In this document: positions 39,560 through 52,720 of the stretch, piece after piece
Layout: every line of letters begins with the position of its first letter
Position numbering within the stretch: the stretch's first letter is position 1
Source of the DNA: Octopus vulgaris
Taxonomy: Eukaryota
Direction: 5' to 3'
DNA length: 64,000 bases
Assembly: GCA_951406725.2 (NCBI GenBank)
Contig: OX597817.1
Span: forward strand, 28,644,001 to 28,708,000
Position numbers and translations under genes: made by a program
Notes under the pieces: generated by a model
Seen by the model: the letters and a program-made list of their open reading frames with translations, nothing else
The model's database searches: none
Told to the model about the DNA's origin: nothing

Positions 39560-39945
39560 GGAGGCGCAATGGCCCAGTGGTTAGGGCAGCGGACTCGCGG
39601 TCGTAGGATCGCGGTTTCGATTCCCAGACCGGGCATTGTGAGTGTTTATTGAGCGAAAACACCTAAAGCTCCATGAGGCTCCGGCAGGGGATGGTGGTGA
39701 ACCCTGCTGTACTCTTTCACCACAACTTTCTCTCACTCTTACTTCCTGTTTCTGTTGTACCTGTATTTCAAAGGGCCGGCCTTGTCACTCTCTGCGTCAC
39801 ACTGAATATCCCCCGAGAACTACGTTAAGGGTACACGTGTCTGTGGAATGCTCAGCCACTTACACGTTAATTTCACGAGCAGGCTGTTCCGTTGATCGGA
39901 TCAACCGGAACCCTCGTCGTCGTCACCGACAGAGTGCTTCCATCC
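39560..39945 (+). mobile_element. Young tRNA(Arg)-like SINE family C with 13-bp TSD (possibly octopus OR type)
   Basis: A box TGGCCCAGTGG, B box GTTTCGATTCC; perfect TSD acatagctaaggt at 39547-39559 and 39946-39958. Confidence 0.92.
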
Positions 39946-40171
39946 ACATAGCTAAGGTATCATATTCAGCTCATTTGTAAGTAGCCTTTACAAATTTTCT
40001 GAAATCATGAAGCATCAGCCAGTCTTCTCTTACTCTTTAGACAGTTTGCTATTTGTATGAATAAAGAAATTTTATATTTCCAACAATGATAACAACTATT
40101 AGAATTTATTATGTCATTTCCTTTACTTTAATTATCATACTTAAACTTGAGGTAACTTGAAGATAAACTAA

Positions 40172-40574
40172 GCAGGAGTGGCTGTGTGGTAAGTAGCTTG
40201 TTTACCAACCACATGGTTCCGGGTTCAGTCCCACTGTGTGGCACCTTGGGCAAGTGTCTTCTACTATAGCCTCGGGCCGACCAAAGCCTTGTGAGTGGAT
40301 TTGGTAGGCGGAAACTGAAAGAAGCCCGTTGTATATATGTATATATATATATATATATATGCGTTTGTGTGTCTGTGTTTGTCCCCCTAGCATTGCTTGA
40401 CAACCGATGCTGGTGTGTTTAGTGTTTATGTCCCCGTTACTTAGCAGTTCGGCAAAAGAGACCGATAGAATAAGTACTGGACTTACAAAAGAATAAGTCC
40501 CGGGGTCGAGTTGCTCGATTAAAGGTGGTGCTCCAGCATGGCCACAGTCAAATGACTGAAACAAGCAAAAGAGT
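40172..40574 (+). mobile_element. SINE family A, full length
   Basis: Near-identical to 38578-38990. Confidence 0.92.
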
Positions 40575-40899
40575 ATCACTTGAAATCAGAATTCTGCTTC
40601 TGCTACTGTAAACTATGTGAGTAGAACATGAGTTTTCTTCAGTGATTGCATTTAATATTAACAATCCCTATACATTTGACTCATGGAATATCATAGTTCT
40701 CTGTGAGACAGCCATAGATTCTAGTGTACTTTTGGTGGGTATCTATTACTTTTTTGGGCATCCATGCCAATTTGATAGCACCTAACTAGAAATACTCATA
40801 AGCCATTAATCTATACCTAACGTTCTCAGTGCTTAGCAGACTGCCGTGCATAGGACTCTGTTAGAAGCCTTCTACTGGTCAGTTCATGCAATTTTGTAT

Positions 40900-41450
40900 A
40901 AATTTTCTACTTGGTTGTATGGCATTTGTGATTTAGCTTCTTGCTACAAACTCAACTGTATTTTTACTAACTTAACTCAGTTTTATTTTACGTTTTATAT
41001 AACTCTACCATTTATGTTTTAAGCTCTTAGGCTTTTATCATCTCCTTTGCATCTTTTCTACTTTTGTAGCTATTGATAATTTTGCATCTAACCCAGATTT
41101 TAGAGATAGCAGCCACATGCACAAACTGATCACCCATGTGAAGCATCATAACAAACAGATACTTTCAGACTTTTTATAAATATTCCTCACAAATCTGCAT
41201 CATTCCTTGTATTTTTTTTTTAAATACAGTTGCTCTCTCTCTCAATACTGATCATAATACTTACAACTGATTCCTATGTCTATTAAACCAGAAATAGGGT
41301 CTCATAATGCTATTCCTTATCTAACAGTTTCTTGAAGTGATATTTCCAGGTCTATTTTTAATGCTCACCTACATTATTCTAATAGTATTTTATTGCATGA
41401 ACATCCACATTTCTATAGTAAAAAAAAATGAACCTGTTTTGCAACTTAAA
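40900..41450 (-). mobile_element. Old CR1/L2-like LINE RT C-terminal remnant
   Basis: Weak motifs on the minus strand (IYKK...; KVEKMQRR resembling LEKVQRRA); heavily decayed. Confidence 0.3.
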
Positions 41451-41470
41451 CAATTTCATTCATTTTTATA

Positions 41471-42470
41471 TACAAGGAGAAGTCAAACATTATCTGCACT
41501 TTTGCTGTAACATATCTTTATTATTCCCACACTGCCTTCTGCACATGCATGCTTATATTTGGTACTATTGTGGTCATGTGATTGAAGTTTGAGCCTAATG
41601 GCATCATTTTTCTTTCTGGCTTTACAGTGTAAGCATGGCTACTCCACTACCAATGTGTACCAAAGAAAACCAAAGAGCAGTGATCTGATTTCTCTGGTTG
41701 AAAGGTGTGTCAGGTGCTGAAAATCATCCTCAATGAGCTCAGCTTCCATAAAATCTAGGCAAGATGGGTGCCAAGAGAGCTTGCTGCTGAGCACAAGTGC
41801 AAATGTTTTGAAGCCTGTCAACATTTGCTTGATCGCTACTACAATGAGGGTGAGGAATGTTTGAGCAGAATAGTCATAGGAGTTGAAACATGGGTCCATC
41901 ATTATAAGGCAAAATCCAAAAGACAGAGAATGGAGTAGAAACATCCTGGCTTGTCAGTGATGAAAAAATTCAAGACTCAGTCTTCTATGGGAAAGATGAT
42001 GCTAACCCTTTTTTGGGACTCAAAATGGCCTATACTGGAAGACTACCTGGAAAAGGGCTGTACAACCAATAACGCAAGATACGGTGCTTTGCTGGCCAAC
42101 AAACTGAAGCCAGCAATTCACAACAAACACCAAAGCTTGTTGTCGAAGAAAGTTTTATTGTTGCATGACAATGCATGCCCACATACAGACTGTTCAAACT
42201 ATTAACCAATTGTCTCTCTCATGGTTTTCAGCACCTGACACTCCTTCCTACCAGTGAAATCAAATCACTGCTCTTTGATCCTCTTTGGTGCACATTGCTT
42301 GTTCACGTTACACTGTAAAGCTAGAAAGAAAAATGGCACGATCAGGCTCAAACTTTCGATCCTGTGACCACAATAGTACCAACTGTAAGCACACTTACAC
42401 ATAAGGCAATGTGACAATAATAAAGATATGTTATGGTGAAAGTGCCGATAATTTTTGACTTCTCCTCATA
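41471..42470 (+). mobile_element. Rearranged mariner element with ~250-bp inverted ends
   Basis: TA-caaggagaagtcaaacattatc...gataatttttgacttctcctca-TA; transposase pieces (WVP, ETWVHHY, GKMMLTLFWD, LLHDNA); 41471-41727 is inverted at 42221-42470. Confidence 0.9.
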
Positions 42471-43789
42471 TTTTAAGTAACATATACTAGCAAACTTTGC
42501 TAGTATATACTTTTCATCTATTTAAGTAAACCTGATGTCTAGTTTCTTGCTATAGCTTTCTGCTAGTCAATGTTTCTATTCCTTGGAGACTTGGTTATCT
42601 CTTATAGTCTTATCTTCTACAAAATAAAAAAAAATCTAACCAAATAATAATGTTTAATTGGTTATTATGCTTATTTATAGATGTCTATAGCTTAGTTACA
42701 AGTGTGATTGATCTTCAACACCCAATTATTTTTGACTGCATTATAAATATCTAAAATTTTAGTTTGAAAATACAAAAGAAGAAAAGAAAATGTTTTCAAA
42801 AAATTAGAATTCAAAGAGTTAAATAATCTTTTACTATCTAAGTGGAAATGTTATTTGGCTGGTATTTCCTTCAGTGTATTGTTGGAAGTAAATGTTCTTC
42901 TCATTTAGAAGAAATCAATAGTTTTATTCTCTAAAATATCCTGACCTAGTAACAAAGAAACAAAAGGCAATCTTTATTCAAAATAAAAAAAAAAATTAAA
43001 AAATAAAGAATAAAGACAGTGAATTATCTTTTTTTTTTTTCATTGGAAATGGTCCAGTCTAATTGGTATTTTCATCATCATCATCATTACTGCTGTTGCT
43101 ATTGTTTTGTGGTTGCTGCTGTCATTTTTGGTAAGCTACCTTAAAATAAATCAGTTAAGCAGATTTTTGAAGGCTCCTCAGATTAACAGTGGTCTCTGTT
43201 ATATACGTGGTTTAAAATGTAAATGAGAAGGAGCAGATGATAGTTATGATTGAATAACTTTTATGGAGACAGTATTAACAATTAGAAAAACAAAAATATT
43301 AAATTAGTAGATTCTTAATATAACAGTAATTAAGATCCAATGTTTATCTATTGTGATAAAGCCAATTTATTATAGGACAAACAATATTATTTAAATAGTA
43401 TTACAGGAAGAATTCAGTTAGCAAATGTATTGACTTTTTTTTTCACAAAGCAGTGTTTACATGCCTAATGTCATTTTATGCATTATATAAATGTGTATGT
43501 GCATGTACACATCTACTCACATATGCACTCATGCACAGAGATGCACACATACACTATTTCAGTCACTGGTAAACATACATGTATATGTGTGCGTTTATTA
43601 AAATCTACAAGATTCTGACATTCATTGGAAGATTCCATACAGAACAGTAATATTGATGAGGTAGACCTCAGAAGAAAAGAGGGGTAAGATGATTAAAATT
43701 AGTGCACTCTGCCTTTGAATGACATATCTCTCTGAACAATGATAACAATAATAAATGCACCATAGTCAACTGCTACAAGGTAAAGGGGA

Positions 43790-45673
43790 TGTATTATGTA
43801 TTAGATATGAATAATTACGGAAGTATCAAGTTGTTGGATCAGGTGATGTAAGTCACGGAGAGAGTCATAGCCCAACTAATTAGGGAGTGAGTCAGTCAAG
43901 ACGAGATGCAGTTTGGGTTTGTGCCAGGGAAGAGCACCACTGATGCTATATTAATGGTTAGACAGCTGCAGGAGAAATACCTTGCCAAAGATAAACCTCT
44001 GTACTTGGCTTTCATTGACAGGAAAAAAGCTTTTGACAGGGTTCCCTGATCCCTTATTTGGTGGTCAATGCGGAATCTGGAGATGGATGAATGGTTAGTG
44101 AGAGCTGTACAAGCCGTGTACAGGGATACTGTCTGTAAGGTGAGGGTTGGCAACAAGTACAGTGAAAAATTCCGGGTAGGGGTCCACCAAGGATCACTCC
44201 TCAGCCCCATCTTATTCATCATGATGTGCCTTGTAGCTTCTCTATACTGATGACCTTGCTTTAATAGCTGAGTCACTATCAGAACTAGAGAAGTTTCAGT
44301 TGTGGAAGCAAGGTCTAGAATTGAAGGTCCTTAGAGTCATTCTAATAAAAAAAAACCAAGGTCTTAATAAGTAGGAAGACAGACAAACCACAAATCCCTT
44401 CAGGTAGTTGGCCCTGCTCCATCTGTAGAAAAGGCATAAGTAGAAACTACATAAGATGTACTGAGTGTAAGCTATGGACACATACGAGGTGCAGCAATAT
44501 CAAAGGAAGGCTAAGTGGGATGATAGTTGTTGTGTGTGGTAAATGCTCAGGGGCAATAAACACTAAAATGTGCAGAAAACAGCTTCTGTCACATTGTAGT
44601 AGAGAAAACTACAAGTAGCAAGTCAGTAGTGGGGGTGGATGCTCTGAAAGTGTAGCTGCTAGAATAAGAATAACCTGGGCAAAGTTCAGAGAGCTCCTAC
44701 CTCTGCTGGTGACAATTGGCCTCTTGTTCAGAGTAAAAGGTAGACTGTATGATGCATGTGTGCAAACAGCCATGCTACATGGCAGTGAAACATGAACCGT
44801 GACTGATGGGGACATGCGTAATCTTGCAAGGAATGAAGCTAGTATGCTCTGCTGGATGTGTAATGTCAGTGTGCATACTCGACAGAGTGTGAGTGCCCTA
44901 AGAGAAAAGTTGGGCATAAGAAGCATCAGATGTGGTGTGCAAGAGAGATGACTGTGCTGGTATGGTCATGTGTTGCACATGGATGAAAACAGGTGTGTGA
45001 AAAGTGAAGGAACCTGGGGAAGAGGTAGACTCAGGAAGACATGGGATGAGGTGGTGCAGCATGACCTTTGAATGTTGGGCCTCACCGTGGCAATGATAAG
45101 TGACTAAGACCTTTGGAGATATGCTGTGCTTGAGAAGATCCAGCAAGCCAAGTGAGACCGAAACCATGTCCTATGCCAGGTCAGCATAACCAGCCCATTT
45201 AAGAGTACCCTTCAATCATTGGGCAATAAACTGCACTTGAAGGAAGTGAAGTCATTGTCATGGCCTATGACAGTACCACCTGATTGGCACCCATGCCGGT
45301 GGCGCGTAAAAAGCACCATTTGAGCATGATTGTTGCCAGTGCCGCCTGACTGGCTGGTGGCATGTAAAGAGCACCATTCAAGTGTGGTCGATGCCAGTGC
45401 TGGCTGACTGGTCACATGCCAGTGGCACGTAAAAAGCACCATTTGAACGTGGTCGATGCTAGCACCACCTGACTGGCCCTTATGCCGATGGCATGTAAAA
45501 AGCATCCGCTACAATGTTGGAGTGGCTGGCATTAGGAAGGGCATCCAGCTGTAGAAACTTTGCCAGATTGGATTGGAGCTCAATTCGGCCATCTGGCTTG
45601 CCAGCCCTCTGTCAAACCATCCAACCCATGCCAGCATGGAAAACAGACGTTAAACGATGATGATGATGATGAT
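43790..45673 (+). mobile_element. 5'-truncated RTE-clade LINE (decayed RT, C-terminus, 3' UTR with ~65-bp tandem units, (GAT)n tail)
   Basis: DEMQFGFVPGKSTTDAILMVRQLQEKY...LAFID..KAFDRVP, GVHQGSLLSPILF, YTDD, WYGHV; four UTR units at 45270-45510. Confidence 0.93.
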
Positions 45674-46458
45674 TTCTCTTAGTACAGTGTATTCATTTAA
45701 CTTGCATGTTTTTATATTTTTGAAATTAATATTATATAACACAGCATCATATTTGAAATGTGGTTATGAAAGGGTTAAATATTTTTAATATGAAAGGCAT
45801 GAGAGTGAATTAGCTTTCATTGATGTTTTGGTTTTAATGGTATATTCTGCAATGCATTTACTTTGATGTGAGAGAAGTCCTAGAATCTTTCTGCTTTTAC
45901 TTCTTTAGATCTTTCTCATGTAAGGAAACTATCCTGAAATTGTTAGATTCTCTTAAATAAGCTCTCTTAAAGCCAAAATATAACATTATTATATCTTACA
46001 AGTGGTTCTTTTGCTGGCATACATATGGTTTTGCACTTGGGCATTAATTCCATCCCCAATTATTTGAAATGGCAGACCTATAATTTTAAATGGAAAAAAA
46101 ATATCTGATCAAATAGTGCTGTGGGAAGCTTGATCCAGTGCATTACAATACTATATATGCTAGTACTAATCAGGAATTTAGTACTTGTATTTAGCAATGG
46201 GGAAATGTGTCATGTGATTTTATGTAGAATTTAAGGGAAAGAGACTACTTTCTGCTCAATCCTCTGTATCAATTTTGGTTGAAGTTGTTACCACCAGAAA
46301 AGATCCATTCATATTTGTACCTTGCATTCAAGTTTCATATTTTCTGTTCATTGTGTATACTAAATAGTGAAAACAGAAAAGGCAAAATCTTCAAATACAT
46401 TAATGGAAAATATTTCCATAGGTATATATGTGCCTGTAGATGTATACATATATGTGTG

Positions 46459-46701
46459 TATAGGCCATTGATAAACATACTAATATATAGTATGTTTTAG
46501 TATAGGTCATATATAGTATGTTTTAGTATAGGCCATTGATAAACATACTAATATATAGTATGTTTTAGTATAGGCCATATATAGTATGTTTCAGTATAGG
46601 CCATTGATAAACATACTAATATATAGTATGTTTTAGTATAGGTCATATATAGTATGTTTTAGTATAGGCCATTGATAAACATACAAATATATAGTATGTT
46701 T
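46459..46701. repeat. 68-bp (42+26) higher-order minisatellite, ~3.5 copies
   Basis: taggccattg starts at 46461, 46529, 46597 and 46665. Confidence 0.95.
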
Positions 46702-47009
46702 TCTTTAAAGTTGAAATGATTACTCATAAATGCAAAATTCATCACTATCTGTCATACTTCCAAAGTAAGGGCTCTTGGAAATCATTTAAAATCTTTGGTC
46801 AGAAGGTCTTCTTGAAAAGTTTATGCAGACTGTCTGTATTGACACCCAGAGTGGCTCCCAAGTTGTTGTTGCTCATTTCCTCTGTTTGCCACTTCTGGAA
46901 TACAAGGCCTGACTTTCTAGCTGTATCCATGTAATAAATACATTCACAGTATAAATGTGTGTGTGTGTGTGTGTGTGCATAGAAATGTACAAGTGTGTTT
47001 ATCTTCTAT

Positions 47010-47254
47010 GGGCATGTGTAAAAAGATTCGAGCGAGGTCTTTGCCAGTACAGCCTGACTGGCCCCGTGCTGGTGGCGTGAAAAAGCGCCCACTACACTCT
47101 CGGAGTGGTTGGCGTTAGGAAGGGCATCCAGTTGTAGAAATTCTGCCAGATCAAGATTGGAGCCTGGTGCAGCGATCTGGTTTGCCAGCCCTCAGTCAAA
47201 ATCGTCCAACCCATGCTAGCATGGAAAGCGGATGTTAACCGATGATGATGATGA
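47010..47254 (+). mobile_element. RTE 3' tail fragment, young
   Basis: Matches 45430-45673 and ends in (GAT)n. Confidence 0.88.
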
Positions 47255-47668
47255 TAGCAGTGTTAACAAATTTCATGTCCTTCATTCTGGCAATAGTTGT
47301 GATGTAAGAAAAAGTAGTAGTAATAGTTGTTGCTAACTTTACAAGAAAAAACAAGAAAGATACTAGTTCAAGAAAACAAATAAAATATAAATGAAAGGAT
47401 AATTTTTCAGTGCAGTTCAGTGTTCTTTTTCAAGGATTTCTGTTTTCTACAAAGAATGCAACATCACAAAATATCTTCTGCATTTTCAAGCCTGATTAAT
47501 TTTCACCGCTACATTGGTTAGAGTTTGATTAAAAAGGATGTGTCACCAAAATGTTCTTACATGTTGGCTTTCTTTGTAACACATTCTTTATCTTTGCATA
47601 CAATTTCAATTAGCTGCAGAAAGAAGTGTGTGTCTCTATATGTTTGTATATACATGTTTGTGTGTGTG

Positions 47669-47727
<59 letters not shown>

Positions 47728-47769
47728 TTAAATGCAATATAGATACATATATATTTATGTATATTTGTA

Positions 47770-48028
47770 TGCATCATCATCATAGTCATCAAACACCATA
47801 AGTTGAATGGCTTGACAAGAACCAGCATGCCAGAGGGCTGTGCTAAGGCCTCTACTGCCATATTCAACATGGTTTCTACAGCTGGATGCCCTTCCTAATG
47901 CCAATCACTCTTCACAGTGTACTGGGTGCTTTTTTACTTGGTACCAGCTACATATGTATGTTTATCAATGGCCTTGTGTTAAAATTTAAAACTAATGTAT
48001 ATGTATATTCATGTATATTTACGTGTAT

Positions 48029-48069
<41 letters not shown>

Positions 48070-48630
48070 CACACATACAAATGTGCATGCATATGTATAT
48101 GTATGCATATACACACACACAGAGACAAATCATCATCATCACCATCATCAGCATCATCATTTAATGTCCATTGGATGGTTTGACCGGGGCTGGTAAGCTG
48201 GAAGGCTGCACCATGACATGGATTTCTACAGCTGGATGCCCTTCCTAATGCCAACCACTCTGAGAGTGTAATGTGTGCTTTTATGTGCCACTTGTGTGAC
48301 ACCAGTATGTGCCATGACTAATTTTGCTTGGATTGAGGGGTCTTCTCAAGCACAATATAATGCCAAAGGTTTCAGTGATTGTCTCCCTGAGGCCCAACAC
48401 TTGAATGGAACTCATCCACTTTGCCTCTGTGAGGTCCAATGCTCAAAAGGTGCTCTTTACGTGCTAGTTACATGACACCAATATCAGCCATGACTACAAT
48501 TTCGCTTGGCTTGAATGGTTTTCTCAAGCACAGCATATCACTAAAGGTACTTGTGCTGCAGATTTCGCACTGGTCTTGGCTTGTACAGCAAATTACTCGT
48601 AGAATGGTGCACTTGTACTGTGAGGTCCTA
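47770..48630 (-). mobile_element. Two RTE-derived non-autonomous fragments (47770-47945 and 48140-48630)
   Basis: Both carry ctacagctggatgcccttcctaatgccaa; the second has two 42-bp units at ~48380-48450. Confidence 0.75.
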
Positions 48631-48649
48631 CTCTATGTATAAACATACA

Positions 48650-48862
48650 CAGTGTGGCCCAAATGTAGGTTTACAGTTATTCAATTATCTCTTTCGTATT
48701 CATATATTAACATATATTAGATCTTAATTATAAAAACATATGAAAGTATTATCCTATGCTAATTTAGTTAATTGAAAAATAGAAATTTAAATGTAATAAA
48801 GTACTTTAAAAGAAATTTAAAGTGCTTACTGGTAACTGTAAACCTACTTTTGGGTCACTCTG
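48650..48862. mobile_element. Tc1/mariner-type MITE (213 bp)
   Basis: 30-bp TIRs cagtgtggcccaaatgtaggtttacagtta / taactgtaaacctacttttgggtcactctg followed by TA. Confidence 0.85.
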
Positions 48863-48869
48863 TATACAT

Positions 48870-49010
48870 GGAAGAAGCTTTGTTTAAAATCACATGGTTC
48901 TGATTTTAGTCCCATTGCATGGCATCTTGGCAAGAGTCTTCTACTATTGCTCTGGGCTAACCAAAACCTTGTGAGCACATTTGGCTTGCAAAAACTGAAA
49001 GAAACCTGTC
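48870..49010 (+). mobile_element. SINE family A 5' half, decayed
   Basis: cacatggttc...gtcccattgcatggcatcttggcaagagtcttctact...ccttgtgag. Confidence 0.7.
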
Positions 49011-49145
49011 ATATATATATATATGTGTATGTGCATTTATTTATGTATATATGTGTATACACACACATATATATACACATGTGTGTATTGTATTATTATA
49101 TATATATAATGTATGTATGTGTGTGTGTCTAAGCTGTGTGGGTGG

Positions 49146-49223
<78 letters not shown>

Positions 49224-49767
49224 ATATACATTTTGTTATACAGAATTCAATGAAAGAATATATGAAAAGAGAATATTATCAAACTCTTTGATCTCCAGCT
49301 TGAATTCATGCTATATCAGTGTAGTATAGATATATGAATGAAAATGCTGCTTTGTGAGAAGCGTAGCATAGTATTGTTAGTAACAGTTGTATGTCATTCA
49401 ATAGAATCACACAGTACAGTGGGAGACAAAACATCGAAATGACACAGATGTGAATTCTGTGTACATAAATAAAATAGCAGCTAGCTTAGAGCTGTATTAT
49501 GTACATCAAATAGGTGAAATAGACTTGTGAAGGAACTGTTGAATATCATTTATAGCAACAATATTGATGAAGAAAATTGTGATTTTTGTATTTTATTGTT
49601 ATTGTTTTGATGGCTTTTATGTTAATAATAGTGATATTTTTTTATTTATTGCTGTTTGAAAGGTATATTGCAAATGTGGAAAGGATTAAAAGTTTGTCAA
49701 AATTATATCTTGCAATAAAATATCTGGATCTGTGTCAATTTTTTGTTTATTAAAACATTAATTGTTT

Positions 49768-49900
49768 CTGTGGCCTAGAGATTAAAGCACTCACTTCGTT
49801 CTTGTCAGAACAATAGAAAATGGGTTCAATCCAAGCGGGGGTAGCTGATATCCCACTGTATCAATCTGCCTATCTACTGTAAATGGAACGAGAGTGGAAA
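49768..49900 (+). mobile_element. Old tRNA-derived SINE-like fragment
   Basis: A-box-like tggcctagaga and B-box ggttcaatcc; no cloverleaf. Confidence 0.35.
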
Positions 49901-51370
49901 GAATAATATGCAAATGTATATTCATACATACACACAAAACAACTGGGTATATGTGTCTATGTATGTTTACATGTTATGTGTGTGTGCATGTGCATATGTA
50001 AAAATATATGGATACATATCTATGTGTTATTTGCCAATGGTTACATATCAATATGTTATCTGCCACAAGCATCAGGAGAAATGAATAACAAAAATAGAGT
50101 ACTGAATGTGGGGAAAAGAGCATAGATAGATCTCAGTAAGCTGAAATGACTGTTAAGATTAAGTATAAAATATAACCAATCTTTTAAAACATTATTCATA
50201 AACCACACATATACACAAGTTTATCAATATATATCCTTATATACACAGAGAGAAAAGGTCAGATAACTGAAAGTATGCATGAGATATAGTGAAACAGAGA
50301 TTATATTTGTAACATGCAAATTAACTTTATCATTTTCTTTACTGCCAGAAAATTTCAGAGCATCTACTAACATAAACAAGTGTATTATTTAGTAGAGCTA
50401 TAGATGTGAATTTATAATCTGGACAGTGAATCTGTAGGTTTTGAAGTAATAGTTCCTTAAATAATCTCTTTCTTACAGAGTTTTGAAATAAAGTATATCT
50501 GTATGGTAGCTGATTTTTTATGAGTATATAATTTTACCTTTTCTTTTTCAAAGAATTTTATCAGGCCTGTTATGTTAGTACTTGGTGACTGACTTGATGT
50601 GAATGTTACATCATTACACTTTGTATAATGATGGAATATGTATAATATATGTAATATGTATTCAATAATGTGACCATTTTTAAAATTCCTTCCAGAGCAG
50701 TGTTTTCTATGAATGGCATTGCCTATCGTTTTAGTCACAGCATCATGCTGTATTGGAAGTTATTACATTAATGATATAGTTGGGTTGCTGCTGATCAAAT
50801 CCTTGCCAAATTTAGCACACCTTAATGCAATTTACATGCATTTGGGATTTACTTGCCCTACTATCATACTTTCACATTCCTCAATATTATATCCAACTTT
50901 CTTCTGGAGTTTTTCCTTTGTGAATACTTAGTCACCTCATCAGTGCTGGTGCTATGTAAAGATCATCCTGTACACTCTGGAAAGTGGTTAGTATTAAAAG
51001 GACATCCTGCTATAGAAACCATCTGAATGAAGTTATTGGGGCTCAGCTCAGCCCTTTGGCTTGTCTGTTCCTGATGAACTATCCTACCAATACTAGCGTA
51101 GAGAAATAATGAGGATTTCCCAAACTATTAATATGCTCTCACCCTTTCTTGTATGTTAAAAATGCACATTCATAGTATTTCATTATTTTATTACTTTCCA
51201 TACATTCCCTGTATAGGCTCCTGAAATTCTTTTTTTGAAATTCATATATATGTCTCTTTTGCCTTCTATTATAGTAGATTTCATATCAATCCCAGGTCTA
51301 ATTATATAATTTTGGTCATAGAAAATATTCTCTAAGTTCAGTGAGGTACCTAAAAAGTCGAAATTTATAT

Positions 51371-52017
<647 letters not shown>

Positions 52018-52021
52018 AAGC

Positions 52022-52720
52022 ATTTAACATCCGTTGTCTATGCTAGCATGGGTTGGACAGTTTGACCTGGGCTGGGAGGCTGCACCAGACTCCAGTCTGA
52101 TTTGGTATGGTTTTCTATGGCTGGATGCTCTTCCTAATGCCAACTACTCTGAGGGTGCAATGGATGCGCTTATGTGCCACTGGCATGGGTGCCATTTGTG
52201 TGACACCGGTATCTGCCTAGACTGATTTTTCTCAGCTTTATGGGTATTCTTCTCAAGCACCACATAATGCCAAAGGTCTTGGTAATTGGCTCTGTGTGGC
52301 CCAACACTCAAAAGGAACTCAAACACTTTGCCTCTGTGTGGCCCAACACTTGAAAGGAACTCAGCCACTTTGCCTTTGTGAGGCCTAACATTCAAAAGGA
52401 ACTTGACCACGTTACCTCCCTGAGGCCCAGTGGTCAAAAGGAACTCAGCCACTTTGCCTCTATGAGGCCAAACACTTGAAAGGAGCTCAGCCACTTTGCC
52501 TCCATGAGGCCCAACACTCGAAAGGAACTCAGCCACTTTGCCTCCATGAGGCCAAACACTTGAAAGGAGCTCAGCCACTTTGCCTCCATGAGGCCCAACA
52601 CACGAAAGGAGCTCAGTCACTTTGCCTCCATCAGGCACAGCACTTCAAAGGAACTTGGCCACTTTGCATCTATGAGATCCATCGCTTGAAAGGAACTCAG
52701 CCAACACTTGAAAGGAACCA
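52022..52720 (-). mobile_element. RTE-derived non-autonomous element carrying a 42-bp minisatellite
   Basis: RTE tail at 52022-52280, then tandem units. Confidence 0.85.
52289..52718. repeat. 42-bp minisatellite, ~10 copies
   Basis: aaagga(a/g)ct recurs every 42 bp from 52311 to 52689. Confidence 0.95.

Noticed and set aside
39560-39635. tRNA gene
   Set aside because: It is the tRNA-like head of a TSD-flanked SINE, with no proper cloverleaf.
45270-45510. CRISPR-like repeat-spacer appearance
   Set aside because: Whole units are homologous tandem repeats in an RTE 3' UTR; there are no unique spacers or cas genes, and the DNA is eukaryotic.
52144-52638. 164-aa repeat protein as a host gene
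   Set aside because: Explained by a frame-preserving 42-bp minisatellite inside an RTE derivative; no splice or expression evidence.
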